Virus record (IMG/VR): IMGVR_UViG_3300030329_005959
Span: 32,001 to 96,000 of that record
Direction: 5' to 3' (one strand)
Length of the DNA stretch: 64,000 bases
Source of the DNA: a virus
The translations under genes and the position numbers were made by a program. The notes under the pieces were generated by a model, which saw nothing but the letters and a program-made list of their open reading frames with translations, did not search any database and was not told where the DNA came from. Below are positions 1 through 9,545 of the stretch, one piece after another (position 1 is the first letter of the stretch; each line of letters opens with the position of its first letter).

Positions 1-278
1 ATCGTAATAGTCAGCAATCCATTTTCCAATTTAGAAAAAATACACTCTTCGGCAACGTCTTTTGTTAAATGTATTTTAAATTTTTTACGACGTTTCTTAT
101 TTTCGGCACAAACACTTAAAGCTCCGTTGAGAGAGGTAAGTTTAATTTCTTTTTTAGAAAACCCAGCCAGCTCCAATTCTGCTGTATACACATCTCCCAT
201 GTCTGCCACAGATACATCTGAAGCTAATGTAAAGGGATAGGTAGGGTTTTCAAATAGTTTTTCGAATAAAGGATTCAT
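1..278 (-). CDS. Small heat-shock protein Hsp20/alpha-crystallin (3'-truncated by window edge; not in ORF track)
   Basis: Manual translation from ATG at 278: MNPLFEKLFENPTYPF...AELELAGFSKKEIKLT...SKLENGLLTIT; LAGF..EI and NGLLTI are Hsp20 motifs. Confidence 0.8.
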   Translation of the reverse strand, partial: MNPLFEKLFENPTYPFTLASDVSVADMGDVYTAELELAGFSKKEIKLTSLNGALSVCAENKKRRKKFKIHLTKDVAEECIFSKLENGLLTIT

Positions 279-315
279 GGTTATTTAATAGCAAACGTTA
301 TACCAAGGCTAAATT

Positions 316-1389
316 TTAGAAAATAGCCTTTAAAATAGCATCTACGGTTTTAGCGTAGGTCATTTCTTCCGCTAACTTTTGTCCCTCTGAGTTAACTTGT
401 CCCACTTTTTCTTCCGCGTTTTCCATAGCAGAAATGGCTTCGTCTTCGGTCCAAGTGTAGAAAGTTCCCTTATTAAACGGAGATTGTTCATTAAAGAACA
501 GTCCGTCAATTACGGGCATTTCTCCTGAGGGCTCGATTAAGATTGAATTTTTTTCATTAGCCCAGTCTTTATGTGAGGTGGCATTTAATACAATGCTCCA
601 CTTGCCCAAGCAGGTAGCGTTGAAGGCGGGTAGATTCCATCCTTCTCCTCCTGACAGACCAGTTAAATCAATATCAATTGCGTTTAAAAGCTCATTAACC
701 TCGCTATTTTTTTCCAAGGGGGGAATTATATTAATATTATTAAAATGTTTTCCCTCTAAGGTTTGAGCTATCATTCCTTGCATTTGCTCTGGCTTAAAAA
801 ACGGGTTATTTATACAGCAAGAGAGCTGGTATTTGTTGTTGTTCCCATATTTTTTAAGCCAAGTCTTAATGATCTTCTGGGTGTGTTTTCTATTTTCATA
901 TTTCCCCATTAACCCAAAATGGATGACATCCGTAAGATAATCTTTTTTGGTGGGATAAAAATCTTCATCTAGACCCAAAGGAATGGCTTTTGTATTTGTG
1001 GCTCCCTTAGAATCAAAATGTTTTTTAGCTTCTGTAGAGCTGAAAAAGGTTGTATCTTGATGAGAACATAAGGCCATCTCCGTTTTCGTTGGCTGATTAC
1101 ATTCGTAGAAAGTGAAAAGATGTTGATCTTTTGTTTTTCTATTTTCACTTCCATTCAAGTGCCACAATCTTAAGCATGGAATTTCTGCTTTTAGAAAATC
1201 CCATCTCCGATTAATGCCCGTTTCTATATATTTTTTAAGTTCTTCAGAAACATCAAAAGCGCTAAGATCGACATCTCCCGTAGGGAAGATGCCTATCTCA
1301 ACGTTTAGCTTATATAATTCCCTAAGAAAATTATAAGAAACGTTTCCAAAGCTTAATCTATTAAGCGGGATTTCTAAAAGAAGCTTCAT
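316..1389 (-). CDS. Glycosyltransferase, GT-B fold (GT4-like)
   Basis: GKYENRKHT and SGGEGWNLPAFNA (variant of the EGFGLP..EA motif). Confidence 0.8.
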   Translation of the reverse strand: MKLLLEIPLNRLSFGNVSYNFLRELYKLNVEIGIFPTGDVDLSAFDVSEELKKYIETGINRRWDFLKAEIPCLRLWHLNGSENRKTKDQHLFTFYECNQPTKTEMALCSHQDTTFFSSTEAKKHFDSKGATNTKAIPLGLDEDFYPTKKDYLTDVIHFGLMGKYENRKHTQKIIKTWLKKYGNNNKYQLSCCINNPFFKPEQMQGMIAQTLEGKHFNNINIIPPLEKNSEVNELLNAIDIDLTGLSGGEGWNLPAFNATCLGKWSIVLNATSHKDWANEKNSILIEPSGEMPVIDGLFFNEQSPFNKGTFYTWTEDEAISAMENAEEKVGQVNSEGQKLAEEMTYAKTVDAILKAIF

Positions 1390-1754
1390 TAAAAGGGAAC
1401 AAGATCTTCAGATTCCTCAGATTTTTCGCTTTCGGAGTCAGAGTCTGACTTCTTGCCAGAACTTAAAAACTGGAGATCCTTTCCGCGAATATAATATTTA
1501 CTAAAGGTCTTTCCATCCTTCTCCCAAGAAGACATGCAAAGTTCGCCTTGAACCATAAATTCGCGCCCCTTTGTGAGATATTGTTCCGCGATTTCTGCCG
1601 TCTTATTCCAAAACTCTACGTCGATAAAACATTTGGTTTTGGCGTTGGCTGTAGAGATCCCAACTCTCAGATTGGCTACCTTGTTGCCTGTATCAGTGGT
1701 TCGGACTTCGGGGTCTTTTACCAGATATGCTGCGGCTGTAATTGAATTAAACAT
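1389..1754 (-). CDS. ssb: Single-stranded DNA-binding protein
   Basis: OB-fold pattern DPEVR...W.K.AE...YL.KG...V.G.L; acidic tail ending DLVPF. Confidence 0.95.
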   Translation of the reverse strand: MFNSITAAAYLVKDPEVRTTDTGNKVANLRVGISTANAKTKCFIDVEFWNKTAEIAEQYLTKGREFMVQGELCMSSWEKDGKTFSKYYIRGKDLQFLSSGKKSDSDSESEKSEESEDLVPF

Positions 1755-2328
1755 AATTTCCTTCTTTTTTTACTTTGTTAATGAACCTGTTGTGGATATT
1801 TATACATCCTTGAATACTCATGTCAAGATCTTCTGCAATTTTTCTCCACGGAGTGAGTTTATTATTATCCACCCCATATCTTAAGTCAATTATTTTTTTG
1901 ACCCTTGCGTCCTTTTCTCTTTTTAGACATTTTTTAAACAAAATAAAAGCCTCTTCTTTATTTATTTCCCCTACAAAGCTCTCACACGAAGGCTCTATAT
2001 AGTTAGAAGCTCCGTCGATAAAAACCTCCCTGTTTTTTTTCTTCTTGTTAAGAATATTTAAACATTTCCATTTTGTCTGATTAGCTAAATGAGTGGAGAA
2101 TTTAGTATTTCTGTTAGGGTCGTAATTTAAAGCAGCAGAATAAATCGTAGAATCCTTTTCGCCCACTAATTGTTTTTTATCCACTGAACATTGAGGGTGA
2201 GACATAAACTGATTTACCATCGTGTGAAAAATGCCTGAGTGCCTGTCTATAATTTCTAGGAGGCTGTCCTCGTCGTTTGTTTTTTGGATATTAGAGATTA
2301 AAGTGTAGTCGCTTTGCACTGCACTCAT
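1747..2328 (-). CDS. Phage-encoded sigma70-family RNA polymerase sigma factor
   Basis: Region-2-like YDPNRNTKFSTHL and region-4-like LRYG...PWRKIAEDLDMS; ATG at 2328 preferred over TTG 2355. Confidence 0.78.
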   Translation of the reverse strand: MSAVQSDYTLISNIQKTNDEDSLLEIIDRHSGIFHTMVNQFMSHPQCSVDKKQLVGEKDSTIYSAALNYDPNRNTKFSTHLANQTKWKCLNILNKKKKNREVFIDGASNYIEPSCESFVGEINKEEAFILFKKCLKREKDARVKKIIDLRYGVDNNKLTPWRKIAEDLDMSIQGCINIHNRFINKVKKEGNYV

Positions 2329-2355
2329 CTTACGGCCTGACTTGTCTTTTTCCAA

Positions 2356-2550
2356 AAGAATTCTCTGATTATTTATAATATATTTACAAAAACGTTTTAC
2401 ATAAAGAATAACGTTATCCTTTACTATTACGTTAAAGGATTAAGAATCGTTTTAGAACCGTTTCACGGTAATTGTAACGTGAAGTCTGATTCTGTCAACT
2501 AAAATTTTTCGGAAATTTCTTGATTGACGGTGGACACTGTGTTCCCCTAA
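2356..2550. other. AT-rich divergent intergenic region with periodic CGTT repeats; candidate replication origin
   Basis: Strand switch; CG cores at 2393, 2412, 2430, 2448; inverted repeat ATCCTTTA(2416-2423)/TAAAGGAT(2433-2440). Confidence 0.4.
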
Positions 2551-2568
2551 GTGTAAATTCATTTGACC
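2551..2568 (+). promoter_or_regulatory. GTGTA phage promoter motif before nrdB
   Basis: GTGTAAAT starting 18 nt before ATG 2569; recurrent motif. Confidence 0.55.
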
Positions 2569-3543
2569 ATGATTTTTGAAGAACAAATATCCAGAAAGCC
2601 CGATCACTATCCTTGGGCACAAGAGTTTATTGAGGCAATGCATACTGGGTTTTGGACCGACAAAGAATTCAGTTTTAGCAGTGATATACAGGACTTTAAT
2701 GTCAATTTAGACGAAAATGAACGGGAGATGATTATTCGAACTCTGTCCGCGATTGGTCAAATTGAAGTAGCTGTAAAAAAATTCTGGAGCAAGCTTGGAG
2801 ATAACCTACCCCACCCCAGTTTAACCGATCTCGGCTATGTCATGGCTAACGTGGAAGTGATTCACAATAATGCTTACGAAAGACTCCTACAGATTCTGGG
2901 CCTAGAGGATATTTTCGAAGAAAATTTAAAGTTGGATTTTATCGAGGGTCGCGTCAATTATCTGAGGAAGTATACCCACAGGTTTTATAAAGATTCAAAG
3001 AAACAATATGTTTATGCTCTTATTTTGTTTACTTTGTTTGTGGAGAATGTCTCCTTATTTAGTCAGTTTTATGTAATCAATTGGTTTAACCGATATAGAA
3101 ACGTTCTTAAGGATACTGGTCAGCAAGTTAAATATACACGAAACGAAGAAAATATTCATGCTCTTGCAGGAATCAAGATCATCAACACCATCCGAAGTGA
3201 ACACCCAGAACTTTTTGATGAAGAATTAGAACAAAGAATAACCACTGAAGCTAAGGCTGCTTTTTTAGCAGAAAGCAACATTGTAGACTGGATGGTAAAT
3301 GGATTTAATGAAAAAGGACTCAGCGCCGAGATATTAAAAGAGTTTATTAAAAATAGAATAAATGATTCTCTGGAAAAAATCGGCTTTTCTACAGCGTTTG
3401 ATGTTGACACTTCAGTGTTGGAGGATACAATGTGGTTCGAAGAGGAATTGATTGGCAACAATGCCACAGATTTCTTTCACTCTCGTCCCGTAGAGTATTC
3501 TAAAAATTCTCAAACATTCGATGCTGACGACCTTTTTGAATGA
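2569..3543 (+). CDS. nrdB: Ribonucleotide reductase class I beta subunit
   Basis: FW..E, EVIH...Y, ENVSLFSQF, EENIH di-iron motifs, C-terminal DFF...Y. Confidence 0.95.
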   Translation: MIFEEQISRKPDHYPWAQEFIEAMHTGFWTDKEFSFSSDIQDFNVNLDENEREMIIRTLSAIGQIEVAVKKFWSKLGDNLPHPSLTDLGYVMANVEVIHNNAYERLLQILGLEDIFEENLKLDFIEGRVNYLRKYTHRFYKDSKKQYVYALILFTLFVENVSLFSQFYVINWFNRYRNVLKDTGQQVKYTRNEENIHALAGIKIINTIRSEHPELFDEELEQRITTEAKAAFLAESNIVDWMVNGFNEKGLSAEILKEFIKNRINDSLEKIGFSTAFDVDTSVLEDTMWFEEELIGNNATDFFHSRPVEYSKNSQTFDADDLFE

Positions 3544-5186
3544 AAAGATATAAGTGGCTCAACAAAGACTCTCGCGATTTTTTAAAGAGAGGATATCTTA
3601 AAGAGGGGGAATCGGCAGAACAGCGAGGCCACGACATTGCTGTAGCCGCAGAAAAACTACTTAAAATTAAGGGCTTTTCTGAAAAATTCGAAGAATATTT
3701 GTTTAGGGGATTTTATTCCTTAGCTAGTCCAGTCTGGGCTAATTTTGGAAGAGAGAGAGGTCTTCCTATTTCCTGTAATGGAGTCTTTATTGAAGATAGA
3801 ATGGACGCGATCCTCGACAAACAAGCCGAGGTGGGGATGCAAACAAAACACGGTTCTGGCACATCTGGATATTTTGGTGAATTAAGATCAAGAGGAGCAG
3901 ATATCTCAGCAGGGGGGACATCTAGCGGCCCCGTCCATTTTATGGAGCTTTTTGATAAGGTTTCTTCTGTTGTTTCTCAAAGCAATGTTAGAAGGGGTTC
4001 TTTTGCCGCATATTTACCTGTAGAGCACCCCGACATTAGCGAGTTCTTAAGAATACGGAGCGAAGGAAATCCAATACAAGAAATGTCTTTTGCTGTTTGC
4101 ATCACAGACGAATGGATGCGATCCATGATAGAAGGAGACAGAAAAAAACGATCAATATGGGCATCTATTATAAGAAAAAGATTTGAAACAGGCTATCCTT
4201 ATATTTTCTTTACAGATACAGCAAACAAAGAGGCCCCAAAACCATATAAAGACAAAAAACTTAAAATTAGTGCATCTAATCTCTGTAGCGAAATATTTCT
4301 ACACTCTTCAGAAGACGAGTCTTTTGTTTGCTGTTTATCTTCCCTAAACCTTCTTATGTGGGATGATATTGTAAAGACAGACGCTATAGAGACCCTTGTT
4401 TATTTTCTTGATGCTGTGATGGAGGAATATATTTTAAAAACAAAAAATATTCCTTTTATGGAAGCATCTCACAACTTTGCAAAAAGACAAAGAGCTTTAG
4501 GAGTCGGGGTTTTAGGCTGGCATTCTTTTTTGCAATCTAAAATGATTCCATTTGAAGGCATGGAGGCCAAGTTTTTAAACACTGAAATTCATAAGACTAT
4601 AAGAGAGAAGGCAGATAACGCCACCGAAGAATTAGCTGTGTTACTCGGAGAACCCACGCACCTTGAGGGGTATGGGAGGAGAAATATGACTACAATGGCA
4701 ATTGCTCCCACGACTTCTAGCTCTTTTATATTAGGCCAAGTGTCCCCATCAATAGAGCCTCTTAACAGTAATTATTTTACAAAGGATTTAGCTAAGGGTA
4801 AATTTACTTACAAAAACCCATATCTAGAAGAACTTTTGGAAGATAAAAAGAAAAATACACAAACCACTTGGAAGTCAATTCTCAGCAAAGGTGGTTCTGT
4901 TCAACACTTAGATTTTTTAACTAATGAAGAAAAAGATGTATTTAAAACCTTTGGCGAGACATCTCAAAAGGAGATCGTCATCCAAGCTTCTCAGCGACAA
5001 AAGTTTATAGATCAAGGCCAAAGTCTTAATTTGATGATTTCTCCCAAATGTCCTCCCAAACAAGCCAGCGAACTTCTTATTTTTGGATGGGAGCAGGGAA
5101 TTAAGAGCTTTTACTACCAGCGTAGCGCCAACCCGAGCCAAGAACTAGCTCGCTCTATTTTAAATTGTTCGTCGTGTGAAGGGTAG
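3540..5186 (+). CDS. nrdA: Ribonucleotide reductase class I alpha subunit (compact, no ATP cone)
   Basis: SCN, SNLCSEI, VCCLSSLN, APTTSSS, DQGQSLN, C-terminal CSSCEG. Confidence 0.95.
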   Translation: MKRYKWLNKDSRDFLKRGYLKEGESAEQRGHDIAVAAEKLLKIKGFSEKFEEYLFRGFYSLASPVWANFGRERGLPISCNGVFIEDRMDAILDKQAEVGMQTKHGSGTSGYFGELRSRGADISAGGTSSGPVHFMELFDKVSSVVSQSNVRRGSFAAYLPVEHPDISEFLRIRSEGNPIQEMSFAVCITDEWMRSMIEGDRKKRSIWASIIRKRFETGYPYIFFTDTANKEAPKPYKDKKLKISASNLCSEIFLHSSEDESFVCCLSSLNLLMWDDIVKTDAIETLVYFLDAVMEEYILKTKNIPFMEASHNFAKRQRALGVGVLGWHSFLQSKMIPFEGMEAKFLNTEIHKTIREKADNATEELAVLLGEPTHLEGYGRRNMTTMAIAPTTSSSFILGQVSPSIEPLNSNYFTKDLAKGKFTYKNPYLEELLEDKKKNTQTTWKSILSKGGSVQHLDFLTNEEKDVFKTFGETSQKEIVIQASQRQKFIDQGQSLNLMISPKCPPKQASELLIFGWEQGIKSFYYQRSANPSQELARSILNCSSCEG

Positions 5187-5202
5187 GTGTAAATTTAATA
5201 AT
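5187..5202 (+). promoter_or_regulatory. GTGTA phage promoter motif
   Basis: GTGTAAATTTAATAAT then ATG at 5203 (16 nt). Confidence 0.65.
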
Positions 5203-5619
5203 ATGAAATCTAGCTTTTCAGAAAAAATTTATACCTGCCTTGTAGCTAAGGTTATAAAATATAATGAAGAGCAAAAATCTCCTATTACGGTTGATCAATT
5301 AATCAGGGTATATAAAAGAGGAGAAAAAACCTCTAGAGTTTTCTTTTCTTTCGACAAAAGCACCGCGCAGTGGGCTATGGCCCGAGTAAATATGTTTTTG
5401 CGTCTTAGCTCAGACCGCCGCGTATGTGACTCTTACCGATTCCAAGACTTAGACATATCTAAAGGCATAGACCGAACCTATCATCAAGAGGAAGCGGAAC
5501 CTTTCTGGAAGTTTTCTGAGTTAGATTTTACCATGGCTCGTTCTGATTTGCTATTGGCTCATATCACCGACAAAGAGGCAGAAAATACGTTTTTCCCTCC
5601 CGTTCTTGAAGAAGATTAG
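5203..5619 (+). CDS. Conserved viral hypothetical protein (DUF5824-like motif)
   Basis: L.RVYKRG...QWAMARVNMFL; start moved to ATG 5203. Confidence 0.5.
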   Translation: MKSSFSEKIYTCLVAKVIKYNEEQKSPITVDQLIRVYKRGEKTSRVFFSFDKSTAQWAMARVNMFLRLSSDRRVCDSYRFQDLDISKGIDRTYHQEEAEPFWKFSELDFTMARSDLLLAHITDKEAENTFFPPVLEED

Positions 5620-5633
5620 TTTTCGGTTATAAT
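5606..5633 (+). promoter_or_regulatory. sigma70-type promoter of the sugar operon
   Basis: TTGAAG-N16-TATAAT, ATG 5 nt downstream. Confidence 0.5.
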
Positions 5634-5638
5634 CACCG

Positions 5639-7276
5639 ATGTCTAGTAAAAAGATCTCTGTGTGCGCTTTATGGCGCGATAGCGAATCCCATATTAATAG
5701 AACTTTAAATCAATTTGAAGATTTAGAAGAGTTGGATTTTGATTTTGAATATTATTTTTATGAAAATGACTCTAAAGATAATACTTCTACTTTGCTCCAA
5801 GCGTGGCTTAAGGACAGAGAGGGCATATTAAAAACTGAGACTTTGGGTGCTACAAAATTTGGCAGCACTCATGATCTGGAACGTATGCAGCTTCTGTCTG
5901 ACTGTAGAAACAAATGCAAAGATTTACTGTGTGATACTGAATCAGAATATACACTACTTGTTGATTCGGATATTATTTTTAATAAAGAAAATTTATTAGC
6001 CCATTTTGAGACCATCAAATCACTGGATGATTGTGTTATGTTAACTCCTAATGTGAGACAAAACATACCTGATCTTATCCAACATAATTCGCAAGATTCT
6101 TATTACGACATTTTACCTTTCTGGGACAGCGAAAAGAAAAATGCTTTAGGCTGGTCAAATTGCCCCTTCAGGAATGGCATCGACATTATGAATTGGAACC
6201 TTGGTAAACCCATTAAATGTTTTTCAGCCTTTGGTGGCTTCGCTTTAATAAAGACAGAGGTTCTTAAAAAAATCAATTGGTCTACAATAGGGGCTAGCGA
6301 GCATGTTAATTTTTGCCAAGAAATTAATGATTACGGCTCTATTTATATTGATCCCAAAAATAAAGTTTATGCCGAAGTAGAATTAGATTATTTACATTTA
6401 GAGGCTTTTAAAGAGACTGCTGTGGATAGGAGCAGGAAACCAATAACAATTGATCATGAAATTTTTACGAGTCAGAACTATAAAAAATTAAACTCTATAA
6501 AAAACCCAAAGGAGAAATCTAAGTATATTAAAGATTTGTTTTTGGAAAAAACAACCACCCAAACTGAAAAGCTTAAATTTCTTAAAAATTGTTTTCAAGG
6601 AGAAAAGGCTGTCCTAGTCTCCTGCGGCCCCTCTATTACTGAGCAAGATGAAGAAAAATTAAAATCCATCTTGGAAACCCGATTAGTTCTATCAATTAAA
6701 CAAAGCTTTGATCTTTTCTCCGAATATGTGGACATCCACTTCTATAATTGTGCTAACTATAAAAAATATGATTATTCTATACATAAGCCAATTGTATTTG
6801 AGGCTTCTACGGTTTATGGAAAGCTAGGGGAGTGTGATTTACTCTTTAAAATACCACAAGGAATGGATTATGATAACTCTTTATGTTCTCACAAAGACTT
6901 GGATTCTTGGACTTTAGAAAAGCAACCTTTTGAGAGGTGCTATGGCCCAGGAATCGAGTATGAAATAGTGTTATTTGCTGTAGAACATTTAGGCATATCC
7001 GAGTTAGTTACAATAGGTTGGGACAATAAACTTATAAACAACGGTGACGCTGATAGACAACATTTTTACGATAAAAACACAGGTTCGAACGAACAATGGA
7101 TTCAGGCGAACAAGGTTTCTAGCTCAGAGTTTTCTGTTAGCAAACTAAGCACAGAAGAAGAAATGACATCTGGCTTTATAATGGATTTTTATAATTGGCT
7201 TAAATCTAAAGGATGCGAGTTAAAAATAGTTTCTGAAATCAGCCCCGCTCCAAACGAAATTAAAACAACCTTATGA
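5639..7276 (+). CDS. Fusion: GT-A glycosyltransferase (N-term) plus Maf/DUF115-like domain (C-term)
   Basis: ENDSKDNT, VDSD, SAFGGFALI, EHVNFC; then LKNCFQGEKAVLVSCGPSI and LGISELVTIGWD typical of DUF115/Maf. Confidence 0.7.
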   Translation: MSSKKISVCALWRDSESHINRTLNQFEDLEELDFDFEYYFYENDSKDNTSTLLQAWLKDREGILKTETLGATKFGSTHDLERMQLLSDCRNKCKDLLCDTESEYTLLVDSDIIFNKENLLAHFETIKSLDDCVMLTPNVRQNIPDLIQHNSQDSYYDILPFWDSEKKNALGWSNCPFRNGIDIMNWNLGKPIKCFSAFGGFALIKTEVLKKINWSTIGASEHVNFCQEINDYGSIYIDPKNKVYAEVELDYLHLEAFKETAVDRSRKPITIDHEIFTSQNYKKLNSIKNPKEKSKYIKDLFLEKTTTQTEKLKFLKNCFQGEKAVLVSCGPSITEQDEEKLKSILETRLVLSIKQSFDLFSEYVDIHFYNCANYKKYDYSIHKPIVFEASTVYGKLGECDLLFKIPQGMDYDNSLCSHKDLDSWTLEKQPFERCYGPGIEYEIVLFAVEHLGISELVTIGWDNKLINNGDADRQHFYDKNTGSNEQWIQANKVSSSEFSVSKLSTEEEMTSGFIMDFYNWLKSKGCELKIVSEISPAPNEIKTTL

Positions 7277-8295
7277 AGACTTTTTTCAAAAACAAAAAAG
7301 TGTTAGTAACTGGAGGAACAGGCTCTCTCGGACAAAAACTTGTAGAAAGATTGCAGTCTTATGATGCTTTACCTATAGTTTACAGCAGAGATGAAGGCAA
7401 ACAGGCTCTCAACTTTAAAAACAATAACAACTTAATCAAAATTATTGGGGATGTGAGAGATTTTGACAAACTTAATACATCTCTCAAAATTCACAAACCC
7501 GATTTTATTATACATGCTGCGGCCTTAAAGAGAATTGATGATATGGAGTTTTATCCTGATGAATGTGTCAAAACAAATGTATCAGGATCGGAAAACGTGG
7601 CGAGAGCCGCCCTGCAAAACGAGATTCAGAAATGTATATTAGTATCCACCGATAAAGCCTGTAAGCCAATTAATGTTTATGGGTCTTCTAAATTTTTAGC
7701 GGAAAGATTTTTTACTAACTATGATTACAATTCGGATACGACAATCTTTTCGTCAGTTAGATATGGAAATGTGATTGCCTCCCGAGGTTCTTTTATACCA
7801 CTATGGGTTGATGCCATACAAAAAAACGAGAGTATAAAAATTACATCTACTGAATGCACCAGATTTCTGTTCACCTTAAAAGATTCTGTAGATACAGTTT
7901 TAAGCTCACTCCAAAACAGTGTGGGAGGGGAGGTATTTGTTCCCCAGATCAACTCTTATACACTTCCTGTTTGCGTTAAAGCTCTTGAATATTTGTTTGA
8001 TAAAAAAGCCAAGACTCACATTATCGGACTGAGACCTGGAGAAAAGCTGCACGAAGATATGTTAGCTGAAACAGAACTTCCGTTTACTTATAAGGTCGAG
8101 GACCATGATTTTTTGCAATTATTTAATGAAGAGCCTACCGAGCGTGTTGATTTATTGCAAATAAGACCCCAATATACCAAAAAAACATATCAAACTTTTT
8201 CGAAATATGAGGGTCCGCACTTCAACTCAGAACTTTGGGTTAAGGAGGATGTCGAAGAATTATCACGATTGATTGAGTCAGGCTTAAAATGTTAA
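7273..8295 (+). CDS. pseB: UDP-GlcNAc 4,6-dehydratase (PseB/FlaA1-like)
   Basis: TGGTGSLG, SRDE, STDKA, YGSSK, RYGNVIASRGS, GLRPGEKLHE. Confidence 0.85.
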   Translation: MKTFFKNKKVLVTGGTGSLGQKLVERLQSYDALPIVYSRDEGKQALNFKNNNNLIKIIGDVRDFDKLNTSLKIHKPDFIIHAAALKRIDDMEFYPDECVKTNVSGSENVARAALQNEIQKCILVSTDKACKPINVYGSSKFLAERFFTNYDYNSDTTIFSSVRYGNVIASRGSFIPLWVDAIQKNESIKITSTECTRFLFTLKDSVDTVLSSLQNSVGGEVFVPQINSYTLPVCVKALEYLFDKKAKTHIIGLRPGEKLHEDMLAETELPFTYKVEDHDFLQLFNEEPTERVDLLQIRPQYTKKTYQTFSKYEGPHFNSELWVKEDVEELSRLIESGLKC

Positions 8296-9545
8296 CATCA
8301 GAAGAAATATTATGGCAAAACGCCATTAGACTAATGCCGCGAGGGACGCAAACAATGAGTAAGTGTCCCGATCAGTTTGTAGAGGGGGTCTATCCCAAGT
8401 TCGCTAAAAAATCTAAAGGAGCTTATATCCAAGCTCTAGACAACAAGTGGTATTTGGACTACATGTGTGGGTTGGGTCCAATTATTTTAGGCTTTAATCA
8501 CAAGAAAACAAACAAGGCTATATCCAACCAACTCAAAAAAGGAATTATTCATTCTCTCCCTACGCTGTTGGAGCAAGAACTGGCTGCTTTAATATGTGAT
8601 AGTGTTCCGTGTGCGGAGCAGGTTAGATTTGCTAAAAATGGAACTGATGTAGATCTCGCTGCGGTGCGAATAGCCCGTTCATACACTGGTAGAGAACATA
8701 TTGTTAAGTGTGGATATCATGGATGGGGAGACTGGCACGGCATCACTCTTCGTCCCCACGGCATACCTAAGTGTCTAGAAGAATGTGTTTCTGAGTTTGA
8801 ATACAACAACCTCGCCAGTTTAGAGAGCGAACTTTCTAAGCGCCCTGTGGCGGGGGTAATAATGGAAGCTCAAGCTCTGACAAAACCACAAGAAGGCTTC
8901 TTGCAGGGGGTTAAGGACTTATGTAGGAAGCATGGAGCGGTGTTGATATTTGATGAAGTAGTCACAGGGTTTCGTTGGGCACTGGGGGGCGCTCAAGAAC
9001 ATTATGGAGTCACTCCTGACTTATGTTGTTTAGGGAAAGGAATGGCTAACGGAATGCCTCTTAGTGCCATCGCTGGAAAAAAAGAATATATGCAAGAACT
9101 TAATCATGCATTTTTTTCTATGACTTTTGGAGGAGAATGTTTATCTTTAGCCGCGTCTATAGAAACAATAAAAGAGCTTAAAAATAAAAACTATAAACAT
9201 ATTTGGGATCTAGGAAACAAGCTGGACAAAGGAATAAAAGAAGCCGCCAAAAAGCACGGGTTAGAAATTAATTTTAGTGGAAGCGCCCCTCGACACAATC
9301 TATCATTTAGCGACAAATACGATGATCCTCAAGGCATGAAAGCTCTTTTTTATCAAGAAATGTTCAGAGAGGGTGTTCTTTTCCCTAATGTCATTTATAT
9401 ACAATTTTCTCACACTTTGAAAGACATAGAAAAAACTATAACAGCAGCAGACAAATCTTTTTCTTTTCTGAAAAAAAATCTCAATAAAATAGATTTAGTT
9501 TTGAGAGGAAAAAGGAGCATTAACATTTTTAGAAAAAACACTTAA
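8289..9545 (+). CDS. PLP-dependent class III aminotransferase (GSA-aminomutase-like), probable sugar aminotransferase
   Basis: GYHGW, LIFDEVVTGFR, PDL..LGKGMANGMP; sugar-operon context. Confidence 0.85.
   Translation: MLTSEEILWQNAIRLMPRGTQTMSKCPDQFVEGVYPKFAKKSKGAYIQALDNKWYLDYMCGLGPIILGFNHKKTNKAISNQLKKGIIHSLPTLLEQELAALICDSVPCAEQVRFAKNGTDVDLAAVRIARSYTGREHIVKCGYHGWGDWHGITLRPHGIPKCLEECVSEFEYNNLASLESELSKRPVAGVIMEAQALTKPQEGFLQGVKDLCRKHGAVLIFDEVVTGFRWALGGAQEHYGVTPDLCCLGKGMANGMPLSAIAGKKEYMQELNHAFFSMTFGGECLSLAASIETIKELKNKNYKHIWDLGNKLDKGIKEAAKKHGLEINFSGSAPRHNLSFSDKYDDPQGMKALFYQEMFREGVLFPNVIYIQFSHTLKDIEKTITAADKSFSFLKKNLNKIDLVLRGKRSINIFRKNT

Noticed and set aside
8289-9545. hemL (tetrapyrrole auxiliary metabolic gene)
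   Set aside because: Same fold, but embedded in a sugar operon after pseB with no other hem genes.
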